Assembly (NCBI GenBank): GCA_963849635.1
Contig: CAWKIA010000036.1
Location: forward strand, 81,923-145,922
Reading direction: 5' to 3'
Length of the DNA stretch: 64,000 nt
Source: an uncultured Chloroflexia bacterium
GTDB taxonomy: Bacteria > Chloroflexota > Chloroflexia > Thermomicrobiales > UBA6265
The position numbers and the translations under genes are program-made. The first letter of the stretch is position 1. Every line of letters begins with the position of its first letter. Positions 53,038 through 61,912 of the stretch are shown here, piece after piece. The notes under the pieces are model-generated. The model did not search any database. It was not told where the DNA came from and was given only the letters and a program-made list of their open reading frames with translations.

Positions 53038-53040
53038 TCT
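52993..53040 (+). promoter_or_regulatory. Regulon promoter element, site M
   Basis: GAATACGCCCTT-AGTC-CGATGT-CATTACAACCCTCCTCCTTA-TAATCT (overlapping TATAAT). Confidence 0.8.
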
Positions 53041-53221
53041 CGCGGGTAGATCACATTTCGGTTTCGAGACGCTGGGGCACCGAGTGCCCGTTCACGTCTA
53101 GCCGTCGGAGCAACTCGCGGGAACGAGAGGAGTACACGTCTGTAGGGACAATGCATCGATACTCAGGCGGCGGTTTGGGAGCGCGTCAACGCTGTCATCC
53201 GATGGAAGGAGCAAAGTTGCG

Positions 53222-53714
53222 ATGAGCACTCTGGCGGTGATCGCGTATCCCCAGCAGGACACTGCGGCCCAGGCGGCTGCGTCGCTGGCGAAGATGCAAA
53301 AGGAATACCTGATCGAGCTCGAAGATATCGCCTGGGTCACCAAGAAACCCGACGGGAAGCTGAAGCTTCACCAAGGGACCAGCCTCACGGGAATTGCCGC
53401 ATCGGGCGGTGCTATGTGGGGGTTCATCTTCGGCCTCCTTTTCCTCGCCCCTCTTGCCGGCATGGCGATCGGCGCCGCCGCCGGCGGCGTTGGTGGGCCA
53501 CTTTAGCGACCTAGGCATCGACGATAAGTGGATCAAAGAGGTCTCAAGTGCAATTCCAGCCGGTGGGTCGGCGCTCTTTGTCCTGGCGCGAAACTCACAA
53601 AATGAGCGCGTCCTTCCCGAGATGGCGAAATTCGGCGGTACGGTCCTCAAGACGTCGTTGTCCGATGAGCAACAGGCCGCCCTCGAAGAGGCGCTGTCAA
53701 CGAATGCCGGGTAG
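53222..53714 (+). pseudogene. DUF1269 family protein (paralogue 4) split by a +1 frameshift near 53486
   Basis: MSTLAVIAYP...GAAAG in one frame; ALVGHFSDLGIDDKW...LKTSLS.EQ..AL in the next. Confidence 0.82.
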
Positions 53715-53881
53715 TGCGGTAGCTACCGCTTCTCGCGGTACGAGCGTTTCCCATCTTTGCCGCCAACCGCCGCGGAAGGGCGTTCGGTCGCTGGGAGGAT
53801 CGCGGTCGCGGCGGAAACCCACAGCTGCGGGCTTGCGGCACGACCCCAGCGACCACGTCAGGTCCAGAGGGAGAGCCGCCG

Positions 53882-54442
53882 ATGTTCCGGAATAGACATG
53901 CAGGAGCGGGACGCTCCGCACCACCAGAATCCGAAGGTGACCCTGTCGATGTTGCCACGGGGACCGGCAATCGGTATCGAATGGTCGAAAAGATGATCTC
54001 CATCGGCGACGATTTCTGGATCCAGAACGACCAGGGGCAGCGGGTCTACAAGGTTGATGGCAAAGCACTACGCGTGCGCGACACCTTGATCTTTCGAGAC
54101 ACGCATGGTGCCGAGGTCTGCAAGATACAGAAGCGGCTCGGCCGGATTCGCGACACGATGGAAGTCGAGGGACCGGGCGGTCAGCGGATGGCGATGGTCA
54201 AGAAAGCCATGATCACACCTCTGCGCGATCGCTACGTCGTCAAGGTGGGCGACGGGCCCGATCTTGAAGTCCAGGGCAACATCCTGTCCCATGAGTACCG
54301 GATCGGCAACGTGGCCACCGTCTCGAAAAAATGGTTCCGGGTTCGCGACTCCTACGGCGTAGATATTCAGCCGGGGCAGAACGACCTCCTTATCCTGGCG
54401 GCGACTGTCTGCATCGACCAGATGGCGAGTGATGTGGGTTAG
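53882..54442 (+). CDS. LURP-one-related / Tubby C 2 family protein
   Basis: SIGDDFWI.N..G..VYKVDGK, V.GNI..HEY.I and VSKKWF..RD.YGV motifs. Confidence 0.85.
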   Translation: MFRNRHAGAGRSAPPESEGDPVDVATGTGNRYRMVEKMISIGDDFWIQNDQGQRVYKVDGKALRVRDTLIFRDTHGAEVCKIQKRLGRIRDTMEVEGPGGQRMAMVKKAMITPLRDRYVVKVGDGPDLEVQGNILSHEYRIGNVATVSKKWFRVRDSYGVDIQPGQNDLLILAATVCIDQMASDVG

Positions 54443-54516
54443 CTCTTAGCGTCGGGGAGGGGTGCGGGCCAATCGGGTCCAGTGCGCCGCCCGCCCGCCG
54501 AAGAAGGAAGCACGGC

Positions 54517-55044
54517 ATGACGTACGGACCCATGCAGTTGTTCGCTATCGGCTTCGGTGAGGCCTCGCTGCCAACGGGGTTTGTGGACGAATTGCGTCGG
54601 TTGCGGGACGCGGGGGTGGTCCGTCTGGTCGATGCCGTGTTTGTGGCAAAGGACGAGCACGACAAGCTGAATACGATTCGAGTATCCGATATCACCCCGG
54701 AAGAAGCCGTCCTCCTCGGCACGATCGCCGGCGCGCTGGTCGGTTACGGCGCCATCGGGGAAGAGGGGATCGACCGCGGCGCAGAGATTGGCATGCTTTC
54801 CTCTGAGGATGGGTTGTTTGGCCTGTCCCCCGATGACATTGACGAGATCGCCGACCGAATCCCGCGAGGCACCGCGGCGACGTTCATTCTCGTGGAACAC
54901 CTCTGGGCGATCGGCGTGAAGGACGCTATCCGCGATGCGGACGGCCAAGTCATCGCCCAGGGATGGATCACACCCGACACGCTCGTTGCGATGGGCGAGC
55001 GGATGGCCGAAGAAGCGGAGTTGCCACCCTCCCGAATGCGCTGA
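54517..55044 (+). CDS. DUF6325/DUF1269-related protein
   Basis: YGPMQL..IGF, L.D.G.VRL.D.VFV.KD and ILVEH.WA motifs. Confidence 0.75.
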   Translation: MTYGPMQLFAIGFGEASLPTGFVDELRRLRDAGVVRLVDAVFVAKDEHDKLNTIRVSDITPEEAVLLGTIAGALVGYGAIGEEGIDRGAEIGMLSSEDGLFGLSPDDIDEIADRIPRGTAATFILVEHLWAIGVKDAIRDADGQVIAQGWITPDTLVAMGERMAEEAELPPSRMR

Positions 55045-55114
55045 TCCCTATATCGCGTGCGGAGGCGGATGTCAAAGCGAAGGGTGACTCCGGTTCAAGG
55101 AAGGAGAAGGCGTC

Positions 55115-55348
55115 ATGCCCTGGTACGGCTGGATGTTCGGCATCATGTTATTCACCGTGTACATCACCTGCATCTTCACCGTCTGCATCATGACCTTCCA
55201 GAAGGGTCGATGGCTTCTCGGGATCATCGGGATCATCTTCCCTGTCCTCTGGCTCGTGGGCGCATTCCTCCCTGCAAAGAAGGGCTCGCGATACGAGCTC
55301 GCCCAAGAGATCCAGTACGCGAGGCAAACGGAACAGTATACGGCGTGA
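55115..55348 (+). CDS. Small membrane protein, 'PAKKGS' family (paralogue 3)
   Basis: AAGGAG RBS; CIFTVC..TFQKG...LWLVGAFLPAKKGSRYELAQ. Confidence 0.82.
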   Translation: MPWYGWMFGIMLFTVYITCIFTVCIMTFQKGRWLLGIIGIIFPVLWLVGAFLPAKKGSRYELAQEIQYARQTEQYTA

Positions 55349-55769
55349 GCACGTGATACGCGCCCGCCAATTCGTTCGTCGCTCTTGGGTCGGTGCGACC
55401 AACGCGAAACCAGGATACGAATGCAGTTCGGAGCGACGGAGCTGGCAGCTGGTGTCGCCGACTTTACCCGAGCCGCCGACGCCGAGGTCGCCGCCGATGC
55501 CTTCGCCGTGATCCAACTTGCACGTGACTGCGGTCACCAGGTACTGGCACCGATGGACGAATAAGCGACGTCGGTTCTCCCTCGAAGGCTCGGCTTCCAT
55601 GAATACCCGAGACCTCCTTCAGTTCGAGATCCAATACTCGGATCAGGCAGTGGCAGTTGCGTCGTGGATCACCGCGTGCGGCGGCGCACCGGTCTCAGGC
55701 GTGACCGTTCCAAGTCTCGGTAGCGGCGGGGACGTCCGAGCCGCAGCATTTGATATGAGGAGGTGACAC

Positions 55770-56192
55770 ATGTCCCTGGGACCAATCGAATTTCTGGCAC
55801 TCAAGTTCCCTAACAACGAGTTTCGGGGGGAAATCCTTCCCGCGCTCGCCGATCTGGTCGACGCCAAGACGATCCGGATCATCGACCTCTTGTTCGTCCA
55901 GAAGACCGAGGACGGCGGAGTCCGCGTGATCGAACTGTCCGACCTCGGAGGGGATGACTACGCTGCCTTCAATCTGGTCGTATCCGACGTTTCGGGGCTA
56001 CTGGGCAATGACGATGCGCTGATGGTCGCGAACGCCCTGGAGCCAAACTCATCGGCCGCCCTGATGTTGTTCGAAAACGTCTGGGCCACCCGATTCGTTG
56101 ATGCCGTTGTCAACGCAAAGGGCGAATTGATCATGAGCGACCGCATCCCGAGAGCAATACTCGACGAGATGGTGGCTACCGCGGCGGCGTAA
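55770..56192 (+). CDS. DUF6325-like protein
   Basis: GPIEFL...FP...F.GEI.PAL.DLV....IRIIDL and FEN.WA motifs; GAGGAGG RBS. Confidence 0.82.
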   Translation: MSLGPIEFLALKFPNNEFRGEILPALADLVDAKTIRIIDLLFVQKTEDGGVRVIELSDLGGDDYAAFNLVVSDVSGLLGNDDALMVANALEPNSSAALMLFENVWATRFVDAVVNAKGELIMSDRIPRAILDEMVATAAA

Positions 56193-56231
56193 AAGGGCTT
56201 CGGTGGCGTTGGATTTCGAAAGGAGAAGCCG

Positions 56232-56603
56232 ATGATGCGGAGGAGAGGTGGTCTTGTTCGGGCGGCGGCAACGACGGCGGTTGTGGCCGGGACGGCGACC
56301 GCGGTCAGCGGTAGGGTGGCGCGGCGTCAGGAGCGGAAGTATCAGGAGGGGCAGCAAGAGGCAATGATGCAAGACGCGACGATTCAGTCGCAACAGCAAA
56401 TCGAGGACCTTCAGGCCCAGGTGTCGGCAATGCAGTCGCAGCAGGTACAGAACGCCGCCATGATGGCGCCGGCGCCGGCGGCTCCTGCTGGCGGCGGGAA
56501 CGACGTGATGGGCCAGTTACAGCAGCTGGCCCAGATGAAACAGGGGGGCCTGCTGTCGGAAGCAGAATTCCAAGCCGCCAAGGCGAGGCTACTGGGGGGA
56601 TAG
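56232..56603 (+). CDS. SHOCT domain protein
   Basis: N-terminal RRRGGL.R.AATTAVVAGTA.AV; C-terminal L.QLAQMKQ.GLLSE.EF..AK..LL. Confidence 0.85.
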   Translation: MMRRRGGLVRAAATTAVVAGTATAVSGRVARRQERKYQEGQQEAMMQDATIQSQQQIEDLQAQVSAMQSQQVQNAAMMAPAPAAPAGGGNDVMGQLQQLAQMKQGGLLSEAEFQAAKARLLGG

Positions 56604-56728
56604 GGTTTGGGACGATTCCCCCCTGGCTCAACGATCGTGATGCGTCGTCTCAAACCTTGCACGCATCACGTCAGTTTGCATCACGGTCTTATACCGAATG
56701 GGCTTGAACCGAACGAGTAGGGGCAACC

Positions 56729-56935
56729 ATGGAAACGATGAGCAAATGGACGCTCATTCTCGCGTGGATCGCCTGCGTCGTCCTCGGTGCCGTAGTGGGA
56801 TTCGGCGTCGGGTGGGTGCTCTGGCAGATAGGCTTCGAGCTCATCGGCAGCGCCGTATCCATGGTGGGTGCGGGTGTGGGTGGGATCGCAGCGTTCCTCT
56901 GGTTTCTCCAATGGTCAGAGGATCGCGGGCGCTAA
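56729..56935 (+). CDS. Small 2-TM Gly-rich membrane protein
   Basis: 68 aa; two hydrophobic GxxxG helices. Confidence 0.6.
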   Translation: METMSKWTLILAWIACVVLGAVVGFGVGWVLWQIGFELIGSAVSMVGAGVGGIAAFLWFLQWSEDRGR

Positions 56936-56974
56936 CGCACGTGACCGATGAGCGGTCGCGGCCGGCGTCTCTAG

Positions 56975-57575
56975 CGCCTGGTGTGGACTTCGTTCCGACG
57001 CCTGTGAGGCGCTTCATGGCTCCGTGTCGCTCAGAGGACGGTCAACACGGGCATGACCTTCGCCGAGGCCAGGAGCGCGGCGGCGTCGAAGTGGACGCCC
57101 GTCAGCGTCCTCTCCAGCCGCTCGTAGTCGCGGGCCAGGCGACGTTGCGCTCCACGACCCACCGCCAGGCCCGCCGCTTTCGGGCGTCGATTGCAGCGTC
57201 CGGCTGTCCAGGGTCGCCGCCGTCGGTTCGGGGGCGCGGCCAGCGGCCAGCCGCAAGCGGGTGCGCAGGTCGTGGACGATCGCCTCGAAGCTGCCGGCGT
57301 TCAGCCCCCGCCGGCTCTGCTGGTAGACGATGTCCCAGGGGGGCAGGTCGTGCGGCCTCATCCGCCACTGCCCGCCGGTGCGGACGACGAAGCGCAGCCC
57401 GTTGAAGACCTCGCGCATGGGGTGCCGCCGCCGCGGCGAGACTCCGTCTATTAGGGGCAGGTATGGGGCGACGAACGGCCATTCCTCGTCGCTCGCGTCG
57501 CTCGGGTGCGGTTTGCGCGCGGGGGGGTGCTGTCCATCCCTTCATGCTACCGCGCCCCCAAGTCTACAACTGGCA
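56975..57575 (-). mobile_element. Internally deleted IS5 family element (transposase pseudogene)
   Basis: PSD.SDEEW.FVAPYL, REVFNGLR...RTG.QWR..PHDLPPW..VYQQ and DSRTLQSTPESG joined directly to WVVER..AW; imperfect 16-bp TIRs (12/16) at 56975-56990 and 57560-57575. Confidence 0.85.
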
Positions 57576-57613
57576 TCGACAATCGAGACACTGGCAAATG
57601 AGGGAAACGCGCC

Positions 57614-58132
57614 ATGGCTATCCTCTTCGCTCTGGTCTATCCGGATCAACCGACCGCTGAAAAAGCTGCCCTCTCCGCGAAGGGCCTCGAAGGGTTTGGC
57701 TATATGGCCATTCTCGAGTCGTCGATCATTTCCAAGAACAGCAAAGGGAAGATCGAGCATCACGGGGAGCGCCATACCGTCAGGACCGGAGTCGCGGCCG
57801 GTGCCGTGGTCGGCGGGCTGACGGGACTCCTCTTCTTGGTGCCTGTGGCCGGCATAGCGGCCGGTGCCGCGTTTGGTGGATTGATTGGCAAATGGGCGAA
57901 GAGCGGCGCCAGCGAGGACTTCGTGCAATTCCGCGACCAGGTCACCCGCGATCTCCAACCGGGCGGAGCTGCGCTCGTGTTAATCGTCGAAACAGATGCT
58001 CGCGATCGCGTGATCTACGATTTGGGACAGTACGGCGGCATCCTCAGATCTACGGACGTGAGCGAGGAGCAGCTCGCTGAGGTGCAGGCCGCGCTCGACA
58101 AGGTTGCCGCTGGGAGCGAGAGCTCGCCCTAA
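57614..58132 (+). CDS. DUF1269 family protein (paralogue 5)
   Basis: ALVYPD...A, G..AGAVVGGL.GLLFL.P..G.AAGA, LQPGG.AL and YGG...STD.S.EQ motifs. Confidence 0.82.
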   Translation: MAILFALVYPDQPTAEKAALSAKGLEGFGYMAILESSIISKNSKGKIEHHGERHTVRTGVAAGAVVGGLTGLLFLVPVAGIAAGAAFGGLIGKWAKSGASEDFVQFRDQVTRDLQPGGAALVLIVETDARDRVIYDLGQYGGILRSTDVSEEQLAEVQAALDKVAAGSESSP

Positions 58133-58228
58133 CCCCACATCGTCTGAACATGCTTCGCCCCACGCGGACGTCAGGTTCCGCAGAATCGGCGGACGGCAAA
58201 CATCGGGATTGACGAGGAGTACGCGATA

Positions 58229-58525
58229 ATGTGCTGCATCTTCATGGCGCTGCTCCTCCTTGGACCTCGACTGAGCGGTTTGATCTGGTGGATCGCCGAA
58301 CCAGGGCGCTGGGACGAGGCATTCAGCTCCTTCGTCTGGCCAACACTCGGCCTGATCGTCACGCCGTGGACGACGATCATGTATGTCGTCGTCGAGCAAA
58401 ACGGCGTGAACGGATTCGAATGGTTCTGGTTGGTTCTAGCAGCCTTTGCAGACATCGCGTCGTACAGCGGCGGCTACGTAAACCGACAGCAAGCGCCCGG
58501 CTACCCGTACACCGGGGCCGGCTGA
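58229..58525 (+). CDS. Small multi-TM hypothetical membrane protein
   Basis: GAGGAG RBS; GPR...WW...RW..AF....WP.LG....PWTT..Y pattern. Confidence 0.75.
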   Translation: MCCIFMALLLLGPRLSGLIWWIAEPGRWDEAFSSFVWPTLGLIVTPWTTIMYVVVEQNGVNGFEWFWLVLAAFADIASYSGGYVNRQQAPGYPYTGAG

Positions 58526-58916
58526 ACAACTGGCTCGATTCTGGAGCCCGTAATCCGACGATGTCAGCAGCGGATGCGGCGGTTAGACATCAACCTCAAT
58601 TGCAACGACTGGGTGACCTTACGGAGGACAGAATGGCCGTGATGACGAAAGTCGTCGCGGGGAACGTGACGACCGACGAATCTGGCAGAACGTCCGGCAG
58701 GCAATGCTCAAGGTGCGGTGCCTTGATAACCGTCTGCTTCCCCCGATTCCCCATGCTGTCATCGTGTCCGTGAATCCCTTGCGGGGGTACGACGAAGATA
58801 CGCCACTCGGCCTTGGAACGTTTGGGTCGCGACCTGGATTGCCCCCAACCGTTACTGGTCCCACACGGATCTCGTGCCCTGCTCTCTCCGGAGCGCACGT
58901 GCACAGGAGTACCCCT

Positions 58917-59624
58917 ATGGTGTCCACTGAATGGACGAGGCTCGACGAGCGAGACGACCCCGCCGCGCGACGCCCGGGCGCGTCGTTGCGCCGCCGATTC
59001 GTTGCCTGGCTGAGCGCCGGCCTGCTGCTGGTGCTGGCCGCTATCCCGGCCGCAGCCCAGACGGTCGACACCGACGGGGACGGCCTATTCGATGAGGACG
59101 AGGTCGCCCTGGGCACCGACCCCAACCTCTACGATACCGACGATGACGGGTTCGGTGACAATCACGAGGTCGTCTCCGGCACCGATCCCCTCGATCCCAG
59201 CAGCGTGCCGCCGGGCGAGCCCGGCGCTGCCTTCGACGATGACGGTGACCTCCTCAGCAACGGTGAGGAGCAGGACCTCGGCACGGACCCGACCGACCCC
59301 GACACCGATGACGACGGCATCAGCGATTTCGGTGAGGTCGGGTTTGAGCCCGGCTCGAGTACCGGGACCAATCCGCTTGTCTTCGACACCGACGGCGACG
59401 GAGTGGGCGACGGCGCCGAGATCGACGCCGGGACCGACCCGACCGTGGCGGACGGCGTCCCCGCCGACGATGATTCGGCGCAGCCCGTCAGCGTGCTGCC
59501 GAACACCGGCGTCGGCTCGGACGTGGACGACGAGGATGTGGGGGTCCTTCCGGCCGCGTTGGCCGCTGCCGTCACGGTAGTCATTCTCGGAGCGTGGAAA
59601 CTCACCGGTCAGCGCCAGTCGTAA
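58917..59624 (+). CDS. Secreted acidic repeat protein (DxDxDG / GTDP Ca-binding-like repeats) with LPNTG sorting-like tail
   Basis: Signal peptide; five DxDxDG..D..E...GTxP repeats; LPNTG, hydrophobic helix and basic tail. Confidence 0.8.
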   Translation: MVSTEWTRLDERDDPAARRPGASLRRRFVAWLSAGLLLVLAAIPAAAQTVDTDGDGLFDEDEVALGTDPNLYDTDDDGFGDNHEVVSGTDPLDPSSVPPGEPGAAFDDDGDLLSNGEEQDLGTDPTDPDTDDDGISDFGEVGFEPGSSTGTNPLVFDTDGDGVGDGAEIDAGTDPTVADGVPADDDSAQPVSVLPNTGVGSDVDDEDVGVLPAALAAAVTVVILGAWKLTGQRQS

Positions 59625-59698
59625 TTGCTGCCGCAACGGGAGCGCTGTTGGTCTTTCAGCCAGCGGCGCTCCCCGTTTTCCGTCGCGGCGGGCACTGC

Positions 59699-59899
59699 TT
59701 CTTTGCCGTCCTGATCGGCCTTGTCGGCGGTCTCTTAGAGACGAACTTGATCGGCTCGTTCGTCGATGGCTCGCGCGATCTCCTCGGCGTCGCCCTCATC
59801 ATCGGGATCGCCCGCGGCATCACCGTGATCATGAACAACGGAATGATCACCGACACGGTGCTCAGTTGGGCGGAGGAGGCGGTCGCCGATTCATATTGA
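59699..59899 (+). pseudogene. Internal fragment of a YfcC gene paralogous to 29351-30868
   Basis: GSFVDGSRDLLGVALIIGIARGITVIMNNG.ITDTVLSW.E.AVAD is nearly identical to the arc-operon YfcC. Confidence 0.85.
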
Positions 59900-60311
59900 T
59901 CGCCGTCGAGGCACTGCGCGAGGCGGAGCAGGAAGCCGACACGTTGGCGGCGATGGCGGGGTGATACTATCGGCCACGTTCAATCTGATTCGCTTGTCGG
60001 CGCACGTCGCGGTTGTCGAGTTGACCGATCATCCCGCCCGAGGCGATCGGTCACGACGTCGAACGACTTGTGCGAGTCGGCGGGCGACGCTCCTTGGTGG
60101 AGATCTCAATTAGGAGGGCAATCCAGCGTCGTGCCCTCGCGTACTTCTTCGTCGGCCAGCGCATCCTCGTTTTTGGAGCGACGCCCCTTCGCGGCGAGGC
60201 GACCCGGTGGGTGGTTGCCCTTGGCTGGGCATTACACGGCGGACAGACCAAGGCGCCGCCGGCTGAGTCCACTGCAATCAAGCTCCCCAAAGTACGGCGT
60301 CAGCGAGGCAG

Positions 60312-61754
60312 TTGGTGAGCGACCCACGACCAACTGAAACGATGTCGACGGGACCGGACGGAGCTGGCGTGGTCGATTCCTACACGCTCCTCGAGTTCTT
60401 GTCGCAGCTCGGCCTCGCCATGACGGCGGCGGGGCAGCCGGTCAGCGCGAGCAGCGCCTCGCTCACGAAAATCGCGCGGGCGTACGGGGTGGAGGCCGAG
60501 ATCTCCATCGTGCCGAACACCCTCTTCGTCAAGCTCGGCGGGCGCGCGTCGTCCGCGATCGATCTGGCGACTGGCGTGAACCGTTCGCTCCGGCTCGACC
60601 AGACGGCCGAGGTCTTCGACCTGGCGCGGCGGGCCGAGCGGGCGGAGATCTCGGCCGCGCAAGGGCTGAGACGTCTGAAGGAGATCGAAGGGTCACAGTC
60701 CCGGTACAGTGCAGCGGCGAGAATCCTCGGCCACGCCGCGATGGCCGTGGGACTCGGCTTGATCCTCGAAGGCTCTTTCCCCCAACTCGTGACGTGTATC
60801 CTCCTCGGAGTCCTGATCGGGGAACTGAAGGCGCTGAGCGAGGGCAACCAGACGGCGCAGGTTCTGGTGCCCGTCATGGCGTCGCTGGCCGTCGGCGCGA
60901 TCGTCTTCTCGATCGTCAAGGCCGACCTGGTTTCCGGTCCGTTGCTGCTCTTGATCCCACCGGTGGTGACGTTCCTGCCCGGCGCCATGCTCACGACCGC
61001 GATGATCGAGCTCGCGAATGGGGATGCCATCTCCGGGTCGAGTCGTCTCGTGGCCGGGGCGGCCCAACTCCTGCTCCTGGTCTTCGGGTACGTCGTCGCC
61101 GCCGAGCTCATCGGATTGCCGACCGCCGAAGCCTTTGCCCAATTGCCGAAACCGCTGTTTGGGTGGTGGGCCGCATGGCTCGGGGTGCTCATCTACGGCA
61201 TCGGGACCTACGTCCACCAAAGTGCGCCGAAGAAGTCGTTGCTCTGGCTTTGGCTGGTGCTCTATGTGGCATATGGCGGCCAACAGCTCGGCGGAGAGTT
61301 CCTCGGAGGCTATCTGAGTGGCTTCGTCGGCGCTGTCGCGATGACGCCCGTCGCCTACTGGATCCAGGGACGACGCGGCGCCCCGCCGGCGTTGGTGACC
61401 TTCCTGCCCGCGTTCTGGCTCCTGGTCCCGGGCTCCCTGGGGCTGATCGGTTTGACGCAACTGGTTGCCGAGAAAGGGCAAGCGGGGCTGCAAACCGTCG
61501 GCGACATGACCTTCGCGATCGTGGCGATCGCGCTCGGCGTGATGGTCGGCGTCGCGCTCGTTCGTCCGTTGGGCAGGCCGATCGGCCAGGTGCCGCTGCG
61601 CACCGAGCGGGCGCTTGGGCGCGTCATCGGCAAGGCGACGATCGCGGTTAGGAACACGGGAGAGGCAATGCACAGCGAAATCGACCGCGCGAACAAGCCA
61701 GCCGACAAGGAGCGTCCAGCCGACGACGACCCAACGGCGCCCAATTCGGCCTGA
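60312..61754 (+). CDS. ThrE family threonine/serine exporter
   Basis: ThrE N-domain (A.AYG, G.RRL.EI), FLPG..LT.A..EL..G..ISG.SRL and LVPG..G motifs. Confidence 0.88.
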   Translation: MVSDPRPTETMSTGPDGAGVVDSYTLLEFLSQLGLAMTAAGQPVSASSASLTKIARAYGVEAEISIVPNTLFVKLGGRASSAIDLATGVNRSLRLDQTAEVFDLARRAERAEISAAQGLRRLKEIEGSQSRYSAAARILGHAAMAVGLGLILEGSFPQLVTCILLGVLIGELKALSEGNQTAQVLVPVMASLAVGAIVFSIVKADLVSGPLLLLIPPVVTFLPGAMLTTAMIELANGDAISGSSRLVAGAAQLLLLVFGYVVAAELIGLPTAEAFAQLPKPLFGWWAAWLGVLIYGIGTYVHQSAPKKSLLWLWLVLYVAYGGQQLGGEFLGGYLSGFVGAVAMTPVAYWIQGRRGAPPALVTFLPAFWLLVPGSLGLIGLTQLVAEKGQAGLQTVGDMTFAIVAIALGVMVGVALVRPLGRPIGQVPLRTERALGRVIGKATIAVRNTGEAMHSEIDRANKPADKERPADDDPTAPNSA

Positions 61755-61775
61755 GGACCTGGTTGAACTCGGTGG

Positions 61776-61859
61776 TGGGAATGAACCCGAGGAATGGCCA
61801 AATGAACGTTTCGAACGCCTCGTCCCAGCGACCCAGCTCGACCAGATTGAGCAGACGGG
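61776..61859 (-). pseudogene. Short remnant paralogous to 58229-58525
   Basis: RLLNLVELGRWDEAFETFIWPFLGFIP versus RLSGLIWWIAEPGRWDEAFSSFVWPTLGLIV. Confidence 0.6.
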
Positions 61860-61912
61860 TGACATGACGAATCTGGTACGCCACAAACCAATGTGGGGTG
61901 GCCGGAGGACTC

